Both the position numbers and the translations under genes were made by a program. This document shows, one piece after another, positions 38,884 through 51,208 of a stretch of 64,000 nucleotides of DNA (position 1 is its first letter; each line of letters starts with the position of its first letter). The notes beneath the pieces are model-generated. The model saw only the letters and a program-made list of their open reading frames with translations. It was not told the origin of the DNA and did not search any database. The DNA comes from Macrostomum lignano (taxonomy: Eukaryota), in NCBI GenBank assembly GCA_002269645.1, contig NIVC01001938.1, forward strand, positions 62,001 through 126,000, written 5' to 3'.

Positions 38884-41800
38884 CGAGTGTATGTCTGTCT
38901 GTCTGTCTGTCTTTTCCCGTTGAAAACGTTACGGTGACAAGAATCGCTAAAGAGTCATTGCAAACAACTCAGTAGTGACTCTAACGACTCTGGGGCAACT
39001 CTTGAGACCTTCACGACTCAAACGACTGTATGCGACGTAGAAGCGACTTGTTGCATAATTAAAGAGTCACGAAAAAGTTGTCCAAGAGTCGCTGTGTTAA
39101 CGCTTAACTTTCTACTAACTCAAGTAGACTAAATGGAGTTGTTATAAATGCAAAGTGCGACACGTCGTTTTAGAGACGTGAGTCACTTTTTTCCTATTCT
39201 CGTACCTGTAATCAAACAGCTCTGGGGCGACGCAAGTGACAGACGCTTCTTAGCCTGGGTACCGTTTTCATCGGTTCTGTGTGTTTGCCTGTCTGCTGGC
39301 TGGCTGGCTGTCTGTTTGCCTGCCTGTCGGTCTGGAAATCGCCTTTGAATTACGATTCCTTCTTTTTCTGCGCCTCACTTCTCTATCTCCAAACGTATTT
39401 CGTCTTGCTCCCTTCTCTCACATCTCCATTCTCTTTACCTCCCATCTCTCCCTGTATGATGGAATAAGCGCCAGTTGAAAAAGCTAGTAGTACATACAAA
39501 CTTAAAGCTTCTTAAACTTCTTGAGTGAGAATCAAGTCGCCAGAAGGTCGGATTCTTACCATATGCGCCATGCATATTCTTAAACACTTAAGCACTTAAG
39601 TGTCTTAAGCACTCAGTCCTCATCCTAACGGCATCGGTAGCCTTCAACAGGTGGCACCAGGTGACTATGGATACCCTCAACTATAGTGTCTTAAGCACTC
39701 AGTCCTCATCCTAACGGCATCGGTAGCCTTCAACAGGTGGCACCAGGTGACTATGGATACCCTCAACTATAGTGTCTTAAGCACTCAGTCCTCATCCTAA
39801 CGGCATCGGTAGCCTTCAACAGGTGGCACCAGGTGACTATGGATACCCTCAACTATAGTGTCTTAAGCACTCAGTCCTCATCCTAACGGCATCGGTAGCC
39901 TTCAACAGGTGGCACCAGGTGACTATGGATACCCTCAACTATAGTGTCTTAAGCACTCCGTCCTCATCCTAACGGCATCGGTAGCCTTCAACAGGTGGCA
40001 CCAGGTGACTATGGATACCCTCAACTATAGTGTCTTAAGCACTCCGTCCTCATCCTAACGGCATCGGTAGCCTTCAACAGGTGGCACCAGGTGACTATGA
40101 ATACCCTCAACTATAGTGTCTTAAGCACTCAGTCCTCATCCTAACGGCATCGGTAGTCTTCAACAGGTGGCACCAGGTGACTATGGATACCCTCAACTAT
40201 AGTGTCTTAAGCACTCAGTCCTCATCCTAACGGCATCGGTAGTCTTCAACAGGTGGCACCACAAGTTGTAGCAATGACTCATTAGCTAATTGACTTGACT
40301 TCTGTTCTTTAATTAGTCATCTCTGCTAATTTTTTGCAATGCGATACGATTCTTAGCCACCCTGTGTTGCGAAGTGATGTGATATTATGATAGAAATTTC
40401 ACTGCTGTCTTATCTACAAGCTAACTTAACTGTATAGTTTCACAGTAATAGCCCTCTTATTACACTCTTACCCTTGCGTGGTTTAGACCGGAACTCGCTA
40501 GTATCTTTGCGCGCATTTTGTGTTATTGCACATCAGTTTACGCGCGCGCTTATTTTGCTGCGTGTGTACGTGTATATCATGCACGCTTACTTCATTGAGA
40601 CACTTAAAAATGCGGGTTTACTATATTGAGACACTTCAAATTGCACGCTTACTACATTGAGACACACTTCAAATTGCACGCTTACTTCATTGAGACACAC
40701 TTCAAATTGCACGCTTACTACATTGAGACACACTTCAAATTGCACGCTTACTACATTGAGACACACTTCAAATTGCACGCTTACTACATTGAGACACACT
40801 TCAAATTGCACGCTTACTTCATTGAGACACTTCAAACTGCACGTTTACTTCATTGAGACACTTGAAAATTCGGGCTTACTTCATTGAGACACACTTCAAA
40901 TTGCACGCTTACTTCATTAAGACACACTTCAAGTTGCACGCTTACTTCATTGAGACACGCTTCATAATGCGCGCTTGTGTCACTGAGACTAACTTCAAAA
41001 TTCAAGCTTACTTCATTGAGACACTTGAAAATGCCGGCTTACTTCATTGAGACACACTTCAAATTGCACGCTTACTTCATTGAGACACACTTCAAATTGC
41101 ACGCTTACTTCATTGAGACACTTGAAAATTCGGGCTTACTTCATTGAGACACACTTCAAATTGCACGCTTACTTCATTAAGACACACTTCAAGTTGCACG
41201 CTTACTTCATTGAGACACTTGAAAATTCGGGCTTACTTCATTGAGACACACTTCAAATTGCACGCTTACTTCATTGAGACACTTCAAACTGCACGTTTAC
41301 TTCATTGAGACACTTGAAAATGCGGGCTTACTTCATTGAGACACACTTCAAATTGCACGCTTACTTCATTGAGACACACTTCAAATTGCACGCTTACTTC
41401 ATTAAGACACACTTCAAGTTGCACGCTTACTTCATTGAGACACTTGAAAATTCGGGCTTACTTCATTGAGACACACTTCAAATTGCACGCTTACTTCATT
41501 GAGACACTTCAAACTGCACGTTTACTTCATTGAGACACTTGAAAATTCGGGCTTACTTCATTGAGACACACTTCAAATTGCACGCTTACTTCATTAAGAC
41601 ACACTTCAAGTTGCACGCTTACTTCATTGAGACACGCTTCATAATGCGCGCTTGTGTCACTGAGACTAACTTCAAAATTCAAGCTTACTTCATTGAGACA
41701 CTTCAAGTGCGCGCTTACTCTACTTTTCCCTCCTTGATCCCAGGCCTCGGCCGGCATAGAACTGTGGATCGAATGCGTGGCGGCGCACACTATGGACAAG

Positions 41801-42052
41801 TTCGTTGATCGGGCCATGGAAATTCCCCAGCTAACCGCCAACTCGGCTGTGCAGCAGCTCATTACTGACGCCAACTATCTAGCCAGCTGTCTGGACGATC
41901 TGGGCGTATCCGCTAGCGATCGACTGCAGGCCCTGCGCGACTTGGTCTCAGCCGCCGACTCTACCGCTTTCCATCGGCGCGCCGCCGAAGGCGCCCCGCG
42001 TCGGATTGTGTCAGCGGTGGCTCGGATGCGCGACTTTGGCGCCGCTAATTAA
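33562..42052 (+). CDS. COG7: Conserved oligomeric Golgi complex subunit 7, 5 inferred exons: 33562-33861, 34217-34742, 35379-36387, 38186-38459, 41744-42052
   Basis: [43 protein letters not shown]...[16 protein letters not shown] and QLITDANYL...ARMR match recalled human COG7 segments in order. GT-AG junctions are in frame. Confidence 0.93.
34760..35345. repeat. Degenerate ~60-bp tandem repeat (COG7 intron 2)
   Basis: Recurrent ttttcgatacatatcggcgatttt...gtcggactaaata. Confidence 0.8.
36899..38097 (-). mobile_element. Mariner (DD34D) DNA transposon in COG7 intron 3
   Basis: ~28-bp TIRs (cgaggggtattcaataagtttccg and the reverse complement at the right end, cgagaggtgttcaataagtttccg). TA TSD at 36897-36898 and 38098-38099. 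Confidence 0.95.
36960..37909 (-). pseudogene. Decayed mariner transposase
   Basis: HTH N-terminus, WVPHHL, TSDETW (other frame), [18 protein letters not shown] and C-terminal [12 protein letters not shown]. Carries frameshifts, an apparent internal deletion after DETW and an in-frame TAG at 37045-37047. Confidence 0.92.
38470..38912. repeat. (GTCT)n microsatellite (COG7 intron 4)
   Basis: Long gtct run. Confidence 0.95.
39601..40260. repeat. 86-bp tandem repeat, about 7.7 near-identical copies (COG7 intron 4)
   Basis: Unit starts at 39601, 39687, 39773 and so on; no unique spacers. Confidence 0.97.
40583..41715. repeat. 31/33-bp minisatellite (COG7 intron 4)
   Basis: Unit cacgcttacttcattgagac(ac)acttcaaattg. 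Confidence 0.95.
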
Positions 42053-42169
42053 CCTGTTGTCGTTTTCTGTTTAGCTCGCTAAGTTTATGAGTTGGCTGGC
42101 AAAGGTTGATTGGCTCCCTCATACAGTAGCTTTGGCGCCCCCTGCCCCTGTCACCCCCTCAAGTGCAAT

Positions 42170-43030
42170 GGCGCCCCCATCAGTTACGAAATTGCGCCTC
42201 AATATATTGAAATGGGGCCGCCGCCCCCATCAATCGAAATAGCGCCCCCATAAATTGAAATGGCGCCCCACCAATTGAAATGGCGCCCCAACAATTGAAA
42301 TGGCGCCCCCATCAATTGAAATAGCGCCCCAATCAATTGAAATAGCTCCCCCACCAATTGAAATAGCGCCCCCATCAATTGAAATGGCGCCCCCACCAAT
42401 TGAAATGGCGCCCCACCAATTGAAATGGCGCCCCACCAATCGAAATAGCGCCCCCATTAATTGAAATGGCGCCCCAATCAACTGAAATGGCGCCCCACCA
42501 ATTGAAATGGCGCCCCATCAATCGAAATGGCGCCCCCACCAATTAAAAAGGCGCCCTATCAATTGAAATGGCGCCCCCACCAATTGAAATGGCGCCCCCA
42601 CCAGTTGAAATGGCGCCCCCACCAATTGAAAAGGCGCCCCATCAATTGAAATGGCGCCCCATCAATTGAAATGGCGCCCCACCAATTGAAATGGCGCCCC
42701 ACCAATCGAAATGGCGCCCCCATCAATTGAAATGGCGCCCCACCAATTGAAATGGCGCCCCATCAATTGAAATGGCGCCCCAATCAACTGAAATGGCGCC
42801 CCACCAATTGAAATGGCGCCCCATCAATTGAAATGGCGCCCCACCAATCGAAATAGCGCCCCCATTAATTGAAATGGCGCCCCAATCAACTGAAATGGCG
42901 CCCCAATCAATTGAAATGGCGCCCCAATCAATTGAAATGGCGCCCCAATCAATTGAAATGGCGCCCCAATCAATTGAAATGGCGCCCCATCAATTGAAAT
43001 GGCGCCCCATCAATTAAGATGGCGCCTCAA
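42170..43030. repeat. 20-21-bp minisatellite downstream of COG7
   Basis: Unit aattgaaatggcgcccca(cc/tc). Confidence 0.95.
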
Positions 43031-45039
43031 TAAACTGAAATGGTGCCTCCCCCCTCAGTTTAAATAGCTACCCAATGTACCCTCAGCATAAATTAGAAAG
43101 TCAGAAAAGACAGTAATCTAGGTTTTAATGCAAATATACTAAATGTTCATATTTCTAAACTAGCCTTTTCTGCACCTTCCCTCAGCCTTTAGTTTCTGTC
43201 TCTGTTCCTATGTAAACATGTAAACATGGGTTTGGGCTATTATTGACAGTTGGCACCAGTGTTTACGCAAGCAGCCAAGTTCAACTGTGGGACCGGAAGT
43301 AAACCAGCACTGCAGATCAACATTCCTGTAATATTTGCAAGTTTATTACTTTTTTCTGGGTAAATAGTATGATATGTTAGATCCTTAAGTTGCGTTATGA
43401 ATATTATTGCTTAGCTTACTATAATAAATTAAAACCATATTTGTTGGCTAGCTGTGTTTCAACAAGACGATAAATTGAAATTTAATTTTTATTTATCACC
43501 ACGATAATTAGTTGTAGTTATGCTCAGTTCAATGTATAGCCATAGAATTTTTATTTGTATTATATGCACTTTTCTATATTATATATATATGCCTCCTTTT
43601 CTATGCAATACAAAAATACCCTACAGCTGCCGTGTTAACCCCCAACCCAAAATACGGTCGCGAATAGAGAATTCGGGGCAATTTTAAGTGGAAGTGCCCA
43701 CTTTATACTATGAGTAAATATCGCTGCAACCCAAGGGTTTGTGAGAGAGAGAGAGAGAGAGAGTTGTGAGCTCAAACTTACCTTACTTCTCTTCAACTTC
43801 AGTACCTATCTATGCCAAAAGGCATTTGGCTGCAATATTGACAATTCAATGGTTTCTGACTTGAGGCTTGACTGCCCGCTTAAGGCTCGCGTATATTCCC
43901 TGCTCAATTTTTGCTATGGATATATTGAATTCCACTATCTTATCCGTGGTTTCCCGGTTGCTTTAGTAATTTATTCTGATTGTTAGGGATCAAATTATAA
44001 AACTCTCTAACTCCAACTGGGTTACTAAAAACTTGGCTATTTTAAATACAGGATACAAATGTACCCTAATGTACTTTTAGTGCGCCGGTCATTTTAGCAC
44101 ATTTTTGCACAGTCATTAAACAGAATCAGAGTAAAGGTTCAGATCAGAGTCAGGTCCGCTGTACACGGAATTCTTCGAATTATGAGAAACAACCACATGT
44201 TTCAAATGAACCCTAGCATGTGCACATACTCAACAAAATTGAAACACTGAAAAACTCTAGTCAGTGTCAGTTTAACCTGACTAGGCCTCGCTCCTGACCT
44301 GATGATGGGACAGTCAGCTTCGTAAGAGTCGTCTCCCTTCCCCCACTTACTAGTTAAGACTGCTGCTTTTAATTTTTTAGATTAAAAGTTTATTTTTTTA
44401 AACGTTTTTTTCATTAAGGATGTGGTCTACAATTTTTTGCCAAGAACAACTTATTTTATGAAGATTCGACAGTTAAACAATGATAACACTAAACGATGAA
44501 CACGTTAAATGGGTCTCTGCAGATCTTAAAAAAAAAATCCGTTGAAATCATTCATTTTCGCGCGCCGCATTTCTGAAGAGTGGCACGCTTCTCTATTGCA
44601 GCCAGTCTTCTTTTAATATCAAAAGTGTGACAAATATGATGCGCGGTAGCTTAACGACTAAAATCTTGAGAGGTCATTCACAAGTTCACCTCTCTGCCAG
44701 ATGCTTAGGTCTCTAGGTCGAATGATGATTTTCCATTTTTCTTAGGCCTAAAAACTATATGTTGCTCTATCAGTTTCCTCTGCACTATAATATACTTCGG
44801 GGCCCTTCACTAAAAAAGTAGTGTGCACGCGCACGCATTTCGGAGTCATAGACATTGATTGATTGACCATTCTGTGTAAGTTCTGTGGTCTAAGCTAGAC
44901 TGAATAATTTGACTTAAGTCAGCTTCAAATAGGTCTCAATTACTTCATTAAGATCTGTAACGATACTTCAACTTAAATTCGTTTGAAGATATTCAACCTA
45001 TGACTAATTCTCTGCAACTTTGCAGCTCTCGCCCAACCC

Positions 45040-46182
45040 ATGGCTACAAATCCTTCCAACGCGGCGGCGGCAAAGCTGGTCGCAAAGCGTCAAAAAGCCG
45101 AGAAAGCTGCACTGCGCCGCATTCGAAAGTGCATGCAGCCGCGCGAGTGCTTAAAACACGTCGCCGTATTGCTGGACGATCGCATTGCCAATGACCAGCG
45201 GCTTGGCCCGTCGATAACCGGCTGTCTGAACGGGCAACAAGTTGTTCCATTAGACGCCGATGAACAGCGACTGTTGCCTCTGCCCGCTATTCGCTGGAGT
45301 AGAAACGTTCACGCGTTGGACCCGGCCGCGTTTGCCGATCTGGCTCACGACGCTTTGCCATCGTCGCTAGCTGCTGCTTCAGTAGAATTTGAAGAGCTCG
45401 AGTCCGATTCCTTGCTAATAATGGACGGTCGCCAATTAGTTGAATTGATTCAGCAGAAGCGGCAGAGTGGATTGAGCACATTAGTGTTTCCCGAGCAGCT
45501 TGTCAGCACTAATCGCTGGTCGCCCAGTCTTGTCGTTTATGATCTGGAGCTTCACATAACCCAATCCAGCCGAGCCGCTGAAGGCAACGCTCTGCGTGCA
45601 AAGATGCTGGCCAATTCCGATAAGCCAGCAGCGCCGCCAGCTAAGAAGCCCAAAGCTAGCACAGCTGATCAGGTCACTCGACTCCAGTGCGAGGAAGCGT
45701 TCGTCTCGCTGCAGCTGACTCGCGGTGTCACTGTACGCGTGCTAGAGGACCCAGTTCAACTGGGCAAACTGGTCTACTGTCTGACCAAAGCCATTGCCGA
45801 GCGGCCTTTCAAAGCTGCCAGACTTGAATCCGTCTTCTCGTTTCACGTTGGCGCCGGTGTTGGCGCCGGCTGCCGGCTGGAAGAGAGCGCGGACGGAGGC
45901 TCGCCAGCTGGCATTGACGAGCTGTGGCGCTGCCAGCTGCAGTGTTTTCCTTTGGTTACGGCCGAGGTGGCTCGGACAATAATGCGAGCCTACCCGTCGC
46001 CTGGCCACTTGATTCGGGCCTACGCCGGGTGCGCCAGCGCCGAGGAGGCCGTCAAACTTGTGGCCGATCTGCAGGTGTGCAAAGGCACCGGGCCGCTTAG
46101 CACTGCCAGGCGACTGGGACCGGAATTGGGGAAACGTATTTACGCGTTTTACTCGTCTCGCGATCCGAATCAGGTGCTTTAG
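45040..46182 (+). CDS. EME1: Crossover junction endonuclease subunit EME1 (MUS81 partner), single coding exon
   Basis: PRECLKHVAVLLD, EEAFVSLQL, LTKAIAERPFK, FSFH, WRCQLQ, AYPSPGHLIRAY and RRLGPELGKRIY match the recalled human EME1 ERCC4/HhH region. Confidence 0.92.
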   Translation: MATNPSNAAAAKLVAKRQKAEKAALRRIRKCMQPRECLKHVAVLLDDRIANDQRLGPSITGCLNGQQVVPLDADEQRLLPLPAIRWSRNVHALDPAAFADLAHDALPSSLAAASVEFEELESDSLLIMDGRQLVELIQQKRQSGLSTLVFPEQLVSTNRWSPSLVVYDLELHITQSSRAAEGNALRAKMLANSDKPAAPPAKKPKASTADQVTRLQCEEAFVSLQLTRGVTVRVLEDPVQLGKLVYCLTKAIAERPFKAARLESVFSFHVGAGVGAGCRLEESADGGSPAGIDELWRCQLQCFPLVTAEVARTIMRAYPSPGHLIRAYAGCASAEEAVKLVADLQVCKGTGPLSTARRLGPELGKRIYAFYSSRDPNQVL

Positions 46183-46516
46183 TCGGGAGCATGATTAATT
46201 ATACCCTGAATTATTGGACTTCTCGTCGGTTCTGTACTTGTATTCGTATACAATATACATGTTCAAAAGCATTTCCAATTTCGGTCTGTCAAAATTAACC
46301 GCTAATATTTCTATTGAATCTCTTTAAACAGTTGCGGCCTAGTTTTTTAATTCAAGTCTTTATCTATTTGTACATAGATCAATTAAGAAGAATACTTTGC
46401 ACTTTGCAGGTATATTTTATTATTACTAACACTTAAACCGGTGCATTGTCAATACATACAGATTAATGTCTGAGCACACCATTGAATGCAGTGTTGCTCC
46501 GAATGAACACTATAGA

Positions 46517-47793
46517 TTAAAAGTTCAGGTTGCAATTTATAATAGGTAAAATTGAAGAAATTTTCAAAGCACTAGAAGTTAGCATGTTATGCGTGTAGCT
46601 CAAATGCATAAACCTGTGGACCGTGTAGGAACCATTCGGAATCTGTTTAGTCTCGAAATTTGTGCGGTTCAGTCGCCTGCAATGGTCCTGTTTCGGCTTA
46701 GACAGCTTTTCTGGTGCTAGACAGAGCTTCTTTAGTCTGTCAGGAATCCATGCCACGTCCCAGATGGGCTGGAAGGCGTCTGCCTCGGCCAGCATGTTGC
46801 CGCACCAGTCGGCAGGTCGGTCGCTCTTCTTCAGAGCCGTGTACTTCTCGTAGAATGTGTGCAGCATTCTGGGTCCCGTGACGTGCACCGCATCGTTATG
46901 AACTCTCTTGGTGTTACTGGCCCAATTCTGCTCGAACCATTGCGGCCAGTTTGTTAGCACGAAGCTCAGGAAGCTGTGATTCGCTCGGCTCATCATCACC
47001 GCATTCGAAATCAGTGCCGGAAGATTGAACGTGAAGACTGCGTGCTCAGTAGGCTCCTGACTCCACACGGCTGACTCACAGTCGAAGTTCGGAGTCAGCC
47101 CCACTCCCTGAAGCTGCGACGGTCTTAGCAGCGGTGTCGGATCTCGAAGCAGCTCCACATCCGTGTCGATGTACAGACCGCCGACGTGGTGCAGCACGAC
47201 CAGACGGCCGATGTCCGATCGTTCCAGCCCGTTGACCAGCTTGCGGTAGCTTTGAACAAGGTACGGATAGTGCTTCGAGATGAGCTCGGAGATCTGCTTG
47301 TCGTCCCAGTGCATGAAGTGCCAGGCCTGGATTCGGCTACCGTTACTCAGCCGTGCCCAGGAGCGCACAATGGGAACCAGCTTGGCAGGCACTCGGCCGT
47401 CTTTGCTGGTCCAGTGCACCAGCGCCGGGATGGAGTCCGGGAACTGGGAGGGCAGCTCGCTGCAACTTGAATTCTTTAAGGCTGACGAATCGTTTTGCCA
47501 TTCTGATTGAGTATTTGTAGTTGGCCTTTTATTTAGATAGATTATCAGCTGTATCGCAATCGTCAGTATTATTAGAAGCGTCAGTTTTCGTCTATTCGCT
47601 AAAAATATATAGATGGTAATCACAGGTATAGTTGCAGTTAAGGGCGTTGCCAGAGAGAGGGGTCTATACGGTCAATTGAAGGCTTGTTCTAGCCACCTTT
47701 TACTGCAGCCTTCTTTAACAATACTTCTCGACCTATTACATGTATAACCCGACTATTCCACTAATCACAGACACAGCTATACTAACTTGCCAT
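46517..47793 (-). CDS. GT32-family (DXD sugar-binding) glycosyltransferase with N-terminal signal anchor. Main exon 47598-46517; putative micro-exon 47793-47787
   Basis: IPALVHWT, ERSDIGRL and GGLYIDTDV (DXD) motifs; hydrophobic LTLLIILTIAIQLIIYL. The listed ORF starts at GTG. An ATG GCA A|gttagt micro-exon with a ttttag acceptor at 47600-47599 gives MATNRRK in frame (inference). Confidence 0.82.
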
Positions 47794-48527
47794 GGAACTT
47801 CAGTATTTCTTGATTCTGTACCCAGCGCTAGAGTCGATTGCGGCGGCTTTCGAGTATCGATAGATCAAATTAACAGATGTTTGTCTTTCGGTACGTAGCA
47901 CTGTTGTTGGCTAGTCAGTCAGACTAAATAAAATTCACTTATGTCCAAAAAATTGTTAAAAGGTATATTTATGCCCACTTGATCCAAACGAGTACATACT
48001 TACATGGGGTACAATATCGCTTTAGTCCATTGGCCATCACAATTTTCTCAATCGAGTTTTTATTAGGTAATCCTGATTTTTTCCGCTTTCAATTGCCTTA
48101 ATTTTACGTCGGCAGCTATACTGTATTGTTTAGATAGACGAAACATGTTGAAAAAATTTAGTTGACTTTATTTAAAGCTTTCTGTCAATTCACCCCTTGT
48201 ATGCGCATTTGGACTCCACCCCTGTGCACTGCACTGCCTTTCTGCCTAGGACATTTTTATTCGGCCAATGAATGAAGCGAGTGTAATAGTGCCTGTTTAT
48301 CCAGCTGCTATCCATTCACGACTGAGTATGGACTGTACTAGCTAAATTGCGTTGAACCTGAACGCTGAATCTGCGACTTCTTTTTCTCCATGCTGATTTA
48401 AACCAAAAAGCCAAACCAGGAAGGATAAATTCAACTAGATGAACTGTAATAGGGGGGGGGGGGTCATACAAGCTCGAAATTTCGCCTTGTCGAAAACTCT
48501 TGTTAGCTCTTCCAGTCACCCGCTAGC

Positions 48528-48825
48528 TCAGTCATTCTGTCTATTAGGCATCAGCGAGTGCAAACCTTCGCGAAAATGTCAACCCCTACTAATTGCAGTG
48601 TTTTTTCGGTGTTGCACGTACGTCTGTTCCATTAAATATGTAAATATGTACTAAACATATTTACAAGGCTAGCTCAAAACTAAGCATTAAACAGGCTAGA
48701 TCAGTCATTCTGTCTATTAGGCATCAGCGAATGCAAACCTTCGCGAAAATGTCAACCCCTACTAATTGCAGCGTTTTTTCGGTGTTGCACGTACGTCTGT
48801 TCCATTAAATATGTAAATATGTACT
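48528..48825. repeat. 125-bp direct duplication
   Basis: 48528-48652 and 48701-48825 are near-identical (tcagtcattctgtctattaggc...aaatatgtact). Confidence 0.9.
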
Positions 48826-49919
48826 TTTAAATTGCATCGTCAATTATTGAATCAAAGAAAAAATCGGAAACAATCATCGCATTCTTGCTGACAGAGCAAA
48901 GGTTTCTGATCAGGCAGTTAAAGCGGAAGCTTTCAATGTAATGCATGGCACATGCTCGACGCATTCTAATCTTCGATGAGCTGATAGGGAAAACAACTCA
49001 CAGCTGTGTTGTTTCGTCATAAGCAATAAGCAAGCTATGAAAATATCTTTTCTTAGCCCAGTGGAATCTCTCGTATTAGGCACTTAAAGATTGAATGATT
49101 CCTAGATGATCACAAAAGCGGAAATGATATCTGCACTCGCACTCAGATGTTAATCAATTCGTTCGAAATGTAAACTGCAAGTTTAGATGTCTACTTCTAG
49201 GTTTGCCGGTCCCTCAGTTGAGCTTCTCGGTGAGAAATTTGCGTGCTGTCCATGTTCAACCTTACTTAATACTGTGTACACTCCTTATTGTAAGGCTTCT
49301 CCCTGTGACATATTTGCCACGAACGCACGCCCACTCTCTATATTGAAATTGCAGTAATGGGTTAAATGGAGCAAACGCGTCAGTAACTTGATAGTCTATG
49401 GCTGTCTTCCATGCATTTAAATGGGGCAAAGTCTTCTGTAAAACGAGCGAGGTTTGAGATTGCGAGAAAACCGACTTGGCGCTCAGGCCTGACAATCGAT
49501 ATATTTTATAAGCCGAAGATTGAGGTGGGGTTTGGGTGTTGCACACGCACGGGCGCAACCGCACGTTGCAAACAACCACCCCCCCATACACAAGCACGTA
49601 CAAATATGACTACGAACAACATTAGAATATATATAGGTGCATAGAATGCTCACACTTCAGTAGAGCTTTTAAATGGGGCAGAGTCGTCAGTTAGATGGTT
49701 TTGAAAAGAATCACTACTGCTACTACTATTAGTATAATCGATGAATTGATTGATTGACTGCTTTACCTTTCAAAATATAAGTATTTACCTAAAATACTAA
49801 GTGTGGATTTAATTTTATTGAGCGGCGGCAGCAGCGATGGAGTCGAACTGGACAGAAGCCTGTACATATGATTTGCCAGTTATTAATTGGATCACCGCAT
49901 TGTGTGCTGTCGTAACAGA

Positions 49920-51177
49920 ATGTCTCCTTGGCAAGACGAGTTTACTGACAGCGACGACGAGCGCATCGCAGCTGCATTAGATGAGTACGAGCGAGAAAGA
50001 GCCGCTGCAGCCCAGAATACTGCAGGCCCCGTGTCTTCTGTCCGCAAGCGAGAAGTTTCCGCCGATGATATCCCACCTGCTGGTCAGCCGGCACAGAAAA
50101 GGGGGCGGAACGCCACGACGGACGACGATGAAGCCGACGAGTTCAGTGTGCTGGCGTTTAGTAGTGGAGCACCGCGGCAGCCACCACAGCCGACACTGCC
50201 GTCACAGTCAACTATGCAGCAACAGTCATCCGCCTCCTACGAGCTTGATGAGATGGACTCGGACGACCGGGCGGCCCTCAACGCCATGCTCGACTACGAG
50301 GCGTCCATGAGCCCTGCCGTGCCGCAGCAAAAACCGCCGCCGGAACCTGCTGCAGCTGTCGCCAACCCTGCCGAGCTCTCAACGCTGCCGAAACCGCCAG
50401 AAGTAGCCGCCGAGCTGCATCGTCAACAGCAGCAGCAACAGCAGCAACAGCAACAGCAGACTGAATGGCAGCGAACGCAGCAGCGGGAGCCGTACTCGCA
50501 AGCAATCTCACGTTGGTCAATGCAGACCATGCCTCTGGCGAGCCAACGACGGAGCTGGAACCGGCCTGAAGCTCGAGCCGCCGAGGAGCTTCGACCGGAC
50601 GAACTGTCCTCGTTAAGCTACAGCCCGTCGTCATCTGCTGCACAGTTAATCCGAATGCTACAGCGCTCGGAGTCTGGCAGTACCATCAGCAGCAGCAGCA
50701 GCAGCAGCAGCTCCAGCTCCCAACGCGGCAGAGGCGCAGCGGCAAACGGTCGACGCAGAGGCGTCGGCGTCCGGCAAATCGGCCAGAATCCGCTGCTGCA
50801 GGCCGACGCGTTCCGCCAACAGTTCACGGTCACTCGATCAGCTAGCCGTTCGCTACCGCTGTATGGTGCCGCTCCGGTACAGCGGCTGGTTGAGGACACC
50901 GGAGTACTAACTGTGCGGCGCTATCTGCACGTCATCCACATCGATAATTTGCGCTTCATCGGTGAGTAGTAGTAGACTGCTCTTCTCTCTGCTTAACTTT
51001 ATACTTATGCATGCAACGCCACAACAATCCCATGTACAGGCCGTGCAAAGGTGTACTTGGGCGAGGCGCTCGAGCCGCACTGCACTGAGTTGCTATTGGC
51101 GTCCAGTCCGGAACTTAACGTCGGCATGGACGAGTCGTGTGACCGCCGGCTAGTGGAGGACCCGCTGGCTGTCGACG

Positions 51178-51208
<31 letters not shown>

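Noticed and set aside
38915-39275. Possible MITE with ~12-bp imperfect TIRs and many gactc/gagtc motifs
   Set aside because: The TIR match is short and imperfect and no TSD was found.
39601-40260. CRISPR-like appearance of regular repeats
   Set aside because: Units are contiguous and near-identical with no unique spacers, the context is eukaryotic, and there are no cas genes.
9780-42481. Long repetitive ORFs (for example 11484-12368, 18760-20586, 23192-23661, 28285-30344, 40587-41533, 42199-42481)
   Set aside because: They are translations of tandem repeats that lack stop codons, lie in introns or spacers and occur in several frames at once.
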